Of a stretch of 64,000 bases of DNA, positions 58,401-64,000 are shown piece by piece; the first letter of the stretch is position 1; the number at the start of each line of letters is the position of its first letter. The DNA lies in IMG/VR virus record IMGVR_UViG_3300020367_000003. The stretch is one strand, 5' to 3'. Below the pieces are notes generated by a model. That model ran no database searches and had not been told where the DNA came from. It saw nothing but the letters and a program-made list of their open reading frames with translations. This DNA is from an uncultured virus (IMG/VR IMGVR_UViG_3300020367_000003). Taxonomy: Duplodnaviria; Heunggongvirae; Uroviricota; Caudoviricetes; Kyanoviridae. The position numbers were made by a program, and so were the translations under genes.

Positions 58401-61400
58401 TTCCTTCTGGGACATATACATCGTAATTATTCCATACAGCATCTTCACCAACAAGATACATAACACTCTTAATATATTCTCTAACTCTTGTTAAACAATA
58501 TAAGATGTGTGTCCTAACTACGGTTGGGAATGCTATGAAGTTACCTTCACCGTCAAACCACTGTTGTGCTAATTCAAATGCACCTGAGTTACCACCAGTT
58601 ACTAAGTCATAACGTACTGCTGCAAGGACATCATTAGCAAAGTCAATAGTTAGATTAGTTGTAGGCCAGTTAACCTGTGTCTCACCAAATGCTCTTCCTG
58701 CTATTGCTTGCTGATTGAAGAGTATCATGTTAGCGATATTCTTGGAGTTATTTGATCCAGCACCAAGTGTATGCTTCATAATATCAAACAACGTATCAAT
58801 AGCAGATGTTACGTTATAGCATGTGCCATCTTGATATATTGTGTTGCTATTGAATGGGAATGTCTTAGTAACGTTTGAAGTTAAGTAGTTAACATTATTA
58901 TTTGCTGCCTCTGCTATTGTTTGAATGTAGATATCAGCAACAGTAGCGATTGTTGAAGCAACGTTTTGACATGTTTGATTCCATGTACCTTGGTTACCTT
59001 GTCCACCCTGTGCTGTATCATATTGAATAGTAAGATCTCTTACTACAACTTCTGGAGTATACTTAACAGGCCATACAGTAGGCATGATGTAAGACCTACT
59101 TGCAACTGTGTTAGGATTAGTAAGTCCATCAGTTACAAATTGTATGAGTTGTGTAATCTCAGTTTCTACTGGAGCACCTTCTGTACCTGTGTAGTTTTGT
59201 GATACCTGACGTGACCTGAAGTATTTCAAATCTTGAGTAGGCCATGCCCATGAGTTAGACATTTGGACATGTAATTTCTTACCGTCAGCATAGTCTGTCA
59301 CACGAGGATATGTGTGGTTAGTTGCATTCTGGTCTTGACTACATGTGAATGTTAATCCGTTAGTATCAATTTCAATAGTATCATCAGTTGTTAAACTATG
59401 ACCTGCAACAGTTAGAGTTAACTTACCTGTTGTTGGGACGTAGTATGCATCAGTAGGTGTTAATGTAGCACCACTATTTGTTACCTTAATGCATCCAGAT
59501 GCAGCAGATACAAAGTTATGTCTATAGTTACCACCCTGTATTAAAGCACCAGAGTTAGCACTTACAAATCTGTGAGCATATGTATTACCCGCAGGTGAAG
59601 GTCCAACGTTAATCTTAATAGTACCGTCTTGCTTCCATATACCACCTTCAGCACAAGATACAAATGTATGCTTACCTAAGAATGATGATGGGACTCCTTT
59701 CAATACTTGGACATCAAATGTATCCACAGTGACATTAGATACTGCCAACCATTCATTACTTGCATGGTCTGTATCTCTAGGATATAAGTGCTCAGTTTCA
59801 TAATCATCTAAATCACATGTGAAGTTAAGAGCACCATCTTTTATCAAGATATATGAATTTGCTTTCTCAATTCCACCTGTGGCAGCAGATACAAATGAGT
59901 GCATATAATTACCACCTGCTATAACAGCACCAGGAATTGCACTAACAAATGTATGGTCATATAGGTCAGCAGTAGCAGCAACATTTACATTAACTGTAAT
60001 CTTACCACTCTGTCTGTGTAGTGAATTTGGCTTAGCAGATGCAAATGTATGTGTATAGTTTCCACCCGCAGTTACACCACCACTAACAGCAGATACGAAT
60101 GTATGATTATACTCACCACCGATAGTAACAACAGACCTCTGAATACTAGATGCTACAGCAGATACAAATGTATGGTCAGTTGTGTTTGTGGAAGGTACGT
60201 TTTGTAATACTTGGACATCGAATGTATCAACATTACAGTTAGAAATCTTCAACCATCTTCCACTTGATGGATCTGATGCTCTTGGATAATCGTGATATGT
60301 AACGTTATTATCCTTATCACAAGTAAACTTAAATGCATCATCAGCAATCTTAATATACTCACCATCTATGAAACCGTTACCAACGATAACAGCACCTGCA
60401 AGTGCAGATTGGAATGTATGGGTAGTAGTATCAGTGATAGCACCCTGACCACCGTTAACGTTAACTGTGATTGTGCCACCTGCTTGGTCTACAGCAGTAA
60501 TTGCTAATGCAGTATCATATGCATAATCTTTTCCATCAGAAGTAGATGCACCTTGTGCACGAGGATATGTCTTCTGAGTTACGTTTCCATCTCCACCATA
60601 ATCACAAGTGAATGTTAATGAATTAGGCTTCAACTTAATTACATCATCTGTAGTTAAAGTATGAGCACCGATTGTTAATTCTAATGTACCAGAAGTTGGG
60701 TTGTATGCAGCACCTGTAACGTTTTTAGTGTCACCAGGAATGCTGATATTCATTAAACCTGATGTTGGGTCATATGATGCAAAAGTTGGTGTGTAAACGT
60801 TATTAGCGTTTTGGAAATAATGAGTTGTAGTGTTAGAAGATGTACCAACATCAACTGTAATACTATCAGCAGATACAGAAGTAATTTCTACTCTATTATT
60901 GTATGCAGGGTCATTACCTGTAGCACCACTGAATCCATTAGGACGTGGATATACGTGGTCAGTTTGCTGTGAGTCTTGGTCGCAACGGAATACCATTGAC
61001 TTGTTAGCAATCTTGGCATACATACCAGTCTTAAGCTGATGGTTGCCGATTGTCATTGTCAATAGACCTGTGGCAGGTACAAAGGATGCACCACTAACAC
61101 CATATCCTTTAGCTGGTGACTCACCAACGTCAAGACTAATAGTAGAATTCTTCCATTGTACTCCACCATCAACGAAACTATCGAAGGTATGAGCATAAAC
61201 TCCACCACCTCTAATTACACCTCTTATAACAGCACCAGGTAATGATGATACCCATGTGTGAGTTGTAACGTTAGAAGAAGTACCAACGTTAACTTTAAAG
61301 TTAGATGCATCTACAACAGTAACTGTCAACCAAGTATTATTTGAAGCAGGGTCTGATGCTCTAGGATATGAATGAGTTGTTTGGTCATTATCTTCTTGAC

Positions 61401-64000
61401 AAGTGAATGTGAATCCTTGATCCTTAAGCATAACCTTATCACCTGAGGTGAATGGATGACTAGGCATTGTGATTGTTAATTCACCTGAGCCAGGTACGAA
61501 GGATGCACCAGAAACATCGAATGCATTTTCAGACCTTACAAATAGATGAGTTGATGTATCTGAAGATTTACCAACGTTAACTGTAATAGTTTCATCTCCT
61601 ACAGAAACTATAGGAACTGAAGTATCATAATATGGGTCATCAGCAGTAGCACCACCTTGACCATTAGCACGTGGATACTTGTGCTCAGTAGCATAACCAT
61701 CATTATTACACTTGAATACTAATGACTCATTCTCAATGTAAACTGATTCGTTTGCTCTCTGAAGTCCGTTTGCAGCAGCAGACCAGAATTGATGTGCATA
61801 ACCACCACCAGACATAACAGCACCTGCTGATGTTCCACCAGCCCATGTGTGAGTAGTTACGTCAGTAATAGCACCTTGACCACCGTTAACGTTAACTGTG
61901 ATTGATGTTCCTGTCTTAGCAGTAATAACCAATGCTGCATCATAAGCATAGTCTTTACCGTTTGCAGTAGCAGCACCAGATGAGCGAGGATATGTCTTCT
62001 GAGTTGTCTGACCATCACCATTATAATCACAAGTAAATGTTAATGAATTTGGCTTAAGTTTGATACTATCACCAACATCCAAGTTATGTGATCCAATGGT
62101 TAATTCCATTACACCACTGGTAGGATTGTAATTAGCGTTAGTTACGTTATGAGTTGTCTTAGGTGATGTACCAACATTAATAGAGAATGTATGAAGTGTT
62201 ATATCATCAATTTCTAACCATGTGTTATGTGCAGGGTCAGTTGGTCTTGGATAAGATTTAACAACATCATATCCATCCATACCACACTTGAATGAAATTG
62301 AATTATCTACAAACTTAACTCTATCGCCAATAATGAATCCATGATCAGGAACTGTGATAACCATCTTACCAGTTATAGCATCATAGGTACCATTAGTTAC
62401 TGTATGTGTTGTGCCACCATGATATCCATGCTTACCAATAGTAAGTTCCATGTCACCTGATGTTGGGTCAAATGTGGCAGCAGAAACTAGGTAGTTAGCA
62501 CGAGGTGTTTTACCAACGTTAACATCAATAGTATTTGTTTGCTTGTTGGAAATTTCTAACCATCTATCATAAGCAAAATCTGTCTTTCTAGGATAAGAGT
62601 GCTTAGTAGCATTGTTATCCATATCACAAGTCATGATTAGTGAATTAGGCTTCAACTTAATCATGTTACCATTAGCAAATGGATGACCATTAATTGTTAA
62701 TTGTAGGACACCTGTCTCAGCATTATATGTTGCACCTGTAGCAGTATATTCACCATGACCAACTTTCTTAATTTCTATAGAATGGTCATATGCTCTATCT
62801 CTCTTATGAGATACACCACCTGATGCGAATGTTGTAAATGTATGTGTAAATGATCCACCTGCTCTGATAGATCCTCTCTTCATTGCACCTGCTTTAGCAT
62901 ACTTGAATGTATGAGCAGAAGTGTTAGTAGAAGGAGTTTCATCTAAAACTTTAACAGTGAATCTATTGTCATCAATTCTTGTAATTGTTAACCATCTGTT
63001 GCTTGCAGGGTCACCGTGTCTTGGATAAGCATGCTCAGTAGCATGGTCATCTTTACCACATGTGAAGATTAAGGAATTATCCTCAAACATAATCTGCTCA
63101 CCTGTTATCATGCCATGACTTGCATAGGTAACAGTCATCACACCAGATACACCACTATATGTCACATTCTGTGGAGTTAAACCTACAGCAGGTTTGAAGA
63201 TATGAGCATGATTAGATGCTCCAGAAGGTGATGGGTTAACATTAACTGTTATAGTGCTATCATCAACAGCAGTTACAGCAACAGCCTCTTGATATGCAGG
63301 GTCATCACCAGATGCACCACCACTACCATTAGGACGTGGATAGAAGTGGTCACTTCCATGACCATCTTGTGCACAAGTGAAGCACATTGATTCACGATTA
63401 ATGTAAACACTATGTGCAGTTGTAATACCGTGGTCAGGACCAACAGTGATTACCATATTACCTGTAGCAGGATTATAATCTACTTGCTGTGGATCGAAAC
63501 TCTTGAATTCTGTCTTACCAACAAAAATATCAAATGTATTTTCAGTTGCATTCTCTACAGGTTTCCATTTTCCACTAATAGGATCTGTTGATCTTGGATA
63601 TGTCTTACCTGATGAATTACCATCCATTTCACAGGTAGCAGTAAGAGCATTATCTGCAATCTTAATTAATGATCCGTTATCAAATCCATGACCATTAAGA
63701 GTTAATGTTAGATAACCAGTTGTGCCATCATATGCTCCTGCTGTTGGAGTAAATGTGTCAACAGTTGTCCTTGGATATGCATGGTTAGATGCATTCATAT
63801 CCATGTCACAACTAAAGGTAACAGCACCATCAGCAAGTTTAACACTTTGACCAACCTTAAGTGGGTGAGCACCAATATTCAATTCCATATGACCTGAATA
63901 TGGGTCATAAGAAGCATCAGCAGGAGTATACTGGACAGAAGGTGTAGTGCCTACATTAATATCAAATGTAGATGCAGTTACGTTAGAAATTTCTAACCAC
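55456..64000 (-). CDS. Giant baseplate wedge/fibre structural protein (gp7-region), 5'-truncated
   Basis: The frame stays open from 63888 to the window end (WLEISNVTASTFDINVGTTP...); FDG..T.F.L, LLVFVNGILQPP, IIVSLNGIIQEPG motifs; C-terminal Ig-like domain. Confidence 0.85.
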   Translation of the reverse strand, partial: WLEISNVTASTFDINVGTTPSVQYTPADASYDPYSGHMELNIGAHPLKVGQSVKLADGAVTFSCDMDMNASNHAYPRTTVDTFTPTAGAYDGTTGYLTLTLNGHGFDNGSLIKIADNALTATCEMDGNSSGKTYPRSTDPISGKWKPVENATENTFDIFVGKTEFKSFDPQQVDYNPATGNMVITVGPDHGITTAHSVYINRESMCFTCAQDGHGSDHFYPRPNGSGGASGDDPAYQEAVAVTAVDDSTITVNVNPSPSGASNHAHIFKPAVGLTPQNVTYSGVSGVMTVTYASHGMITGEQIMFEDNSLIFTCGKDDHATEHAYPRHGDPASNRWLTITRIDDNRFTVKVLDETPSTNTSAHTFKYAKAGAMKRGSIRAGGSFTHTFTTFASGGVSHKRDRAYDHSIEIKKVGHGEYTATGATYNAETGVLQLTINGHPFANGNMIKLKPNSLIMTCDMDNNATKHSYPRKTDFAYDRWLEISNKQTNTIDVNVGKTPRANYLVSAATFDPTSGDMELTIGKHGYHGGTTHTVTNGTYDAITGKMVITVPDHGFIIGDRVKFVDNSISFKCGMDGYDVVKSYPRPTDPAHNTWLEIDDITLHTFSINVGTSPKTTHNVTNANYNPTSGVMELTIGSHNLDVGDSIKLKPNSLTFTCDYNGDGQTTQKTYPRSSGAATANGKDYAYDAALVITAKTGTSITVNVNGGQGAITDVTTHTWAGGTSAGAVMSGGGYAHQFWSAAANGLQRANESVYIENESLVFKCNNDGYATEHKYPRANGQGGATADDPYYDTSVPIVSVGDETITVNVGKSSDTSTHLFVRSENAFDVSGASFVPGSGELTITMPSHPFTSGDKVMLKDQGFTFTCQEDNDQTTHSYPRASDPASNNTWLTVTVVDASNFKVNVGTSSNVTTHTWVSSLPGAVIRGVIRGGGVYAHTFDSFVDGGVQWKNSTISLDVGESPAKGYGVSGASFVPATGLLTMTIGNHQLKTGMYAKIANKSMVFRCDQDSQQTDHVYPRPNGFSGATGNDPAYNNRVEITSVSADSITVDVGTSSNTTTHYFQNANNVYTPTFASYDPTSGLMNISIPGDTKNVTGAAYNPTSGTLELTIGAHTLTTDDVIKLKPNSLTFTCDYGGDGNVTQKTYPRAQGASTSDGKDYAYDTALAITAVDQAGGTITVNVNGGQGAITDTTTHTFQSALAGAVIVGNGFIDGEYIKIADDAFKFTCDKDNNVTYHDYPRASDPSSGRWLKISNCNVDTFDVQVLQNVPSTNTTDHTFVSAVASSIQRSVVTIGGEYNHTFVSAVSGGVTAGGNYTHTFASAKPNSLHRQSGKITVNVNVAATADLYDHTFVSAIPGAVIAGGNYMHSFVSAATGGIEKANSYILIKDGALNFTCDLDDYETEHLYPRDTDHASNEWLAVSNVTVDTFDVQVLKGVPSSFLGKHTFVSCAEGGIWKQDGTIKINVGPSPAGNTYAHRFVSANSGALIQGGNYRHNFVSAASGCIKVTNSGATLTPTDAYYVPTTGKLTLTVAGHSLTTDDTIEIDTNGLTFTCSQDQNATNHTYPRVTDYADGKKLHVQMSNSWAWPTQDLKYFRSRQVSQNYTGTEGAPVETEITQLIQFVTDGLTNPNTVASRSYIMPTVWPVKYTPEVVVRDLTIQYDTAQGGQGNQGTWNQTCQNVASTIATVADIYIQTIAEAANNNVNYLTSNVTKTFPFNSNTIYQDGTCYNVTSAIDTLFDIMKHTLGAGSNNSKNIANMILFNQQAIAGRAFGETQVNWPTTNLTIDFANDVLAAVRYDLVTGGNSGAFELAQQWFDGEGNFIAFPTVVRTHILYCLTRVREYIKSVMYLVGEDAVWNNYDVYVPEGRLEWNQEAVEFMVDSSLNPLEFALERGEFPTEARVQWIASSDAVNRVTRNEVGWDYNTDPALVTLTPEVEVGYDRAEYRIRINQPNNFRRGDVLSYIPTGGQALSGLTNQEYFYCLTATAQWFEIGASYIHDGRFRLLQVDTSNSNTQVFQVMQRSGISRTAPTYPVDMSDTPIQGGFNAADVVYGSTSGSSAEVSNVLTNEGKIYKMYTHYDLTGVSQSAGTYENFINGETVQVQGATSNTGFVLQTAATDDDTGESILKLNSIAGAINLNDVVEGVDSGTTATVGTPSERFLLNVTSGAFSAGDWFFEEGANTEAYMDAYVNKSGSLTGNEGGRITIDVETIDSQWTPGDIIYGSVTNYILSVKGISGTQIQLNQWLHGRVTYELDLGVPIVDTGISDTFNVGDEVTLLQGTVQKNPGWIATVTKYINGLELDPGEPNYGIHKVWIGNLVPVGAGADISEVTQGINTIGKIQLGSNFPTIYAQCTNVTTTNYSSYARVVAIEQAGITAEIWVENAVGDFVDNMSLVSDFGWGGAVTSARTLEGRVDRYFRGFDGNQTIFDLTISNGEAYFPDPAGHLLVFVNGILQPPGGANSYVAYSDKIQFAEPPEIGSQFVGYYVGKLRQLDDISYEFDSLRSSFNLKRQGLFYSLTLTEGVSSNVIRPENNIIVSLNGIIQEPGLAYEIVGSRLIFAEVPRAGSTFVGFSYIGSDADVIAATVVPPVEAGDQLFIEGEEFNREVALIESSNSLITFEYTGSVKGRNAAAIAQITSGKITGANLTNSGDGYTSRPNVDVISSSGFDSRIKALMGITRIDVKTSGVGYSIPNVAIDNVVPDDFTPPEGAPINGGFDVFAGEGTDAGGGGTTIESGTIAILQDPVNVTVNQGQNAAFTVVSSVTNDQTMNYQWQKKEYGTQTWSNIIGANQATYNTSITQQADDGDEYRVAITAAGAIPVYSLSATLSVQTGATILSNFTPDLIFDDN
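59262..64000 (-). repeat. At least 14 copies of a ~110-aa module (YdPxTGxxxLTIgxH / F.C..D...H.YPR / DP...W..I..V..F.VNVG / HTFVSA), arranged nested rather than tandem
   Basis: 14 C..D....YPR motifs counted in the translation; exact DNA matches of 28 nt (60446-60473 and 61877-61904) and 21 nt (60560-60580 and 61985-62005). Confidence 0.9.

Noticed and set aside
1..64000. tRNA or structured ncRNA genes
   Set aside because: Intergenic gaps are short, mostly under 60 nt, and no cloverleaf was recognised; a tRNAscan/Infernal run would be needed to exclude them fully

Overview
This is a 64-kb segment of an AT-rich T4-like cyanomyovirus, most likely a Prochlorococcus phage given pebS and several Prochlorococcus-type small genes. 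Essentially all genes lie on the minus strand. Read in transcription order (high to low coordinates), the window contains: a 5'-truncated giant baseplate/fibre protein, a YHYH protein, a gp9-like connector, gp8, a VrlC-like wedge protein, a 2504-aa fibre, gp13-gp16, a variable gp16-gp17 island of micro-ORFs plus a Lys-rich protein, gp17-gp23, gp3, uvsY, uvsW, gp55, an accessory block (pebS, pcyA, 2OG-Fe(II) oxygenase), gp47, a QueG-like 2x[4Fe-4S] protein, gp46, a metallopeptidase-vWA gene, a denV-like glycosylase, cobS/MoxR, gp45 and gp44. The most striking observations are: (1) the giant protein is built from a ~110-aa module inserted recursively into itself, and its segments parse like nested brackets; (2) a QueG-like cobalamin/Fe-S reductase splits gp47-gp46 and sits in one coupled operon with two bilin reductases; (3) two neighbouring virion proteins carry complete type-1 copper ligand sets; (4) a Lys-rich protein looks like a gp21-cleaved polyprotein of basic peptides; (5) the vWA and MoxR genes share a position-exact promoter architecture. 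No tRNA, CRISPR array, intron or mobile element was recognised. All annotations come from motif recognition by eye; no database searches were run.
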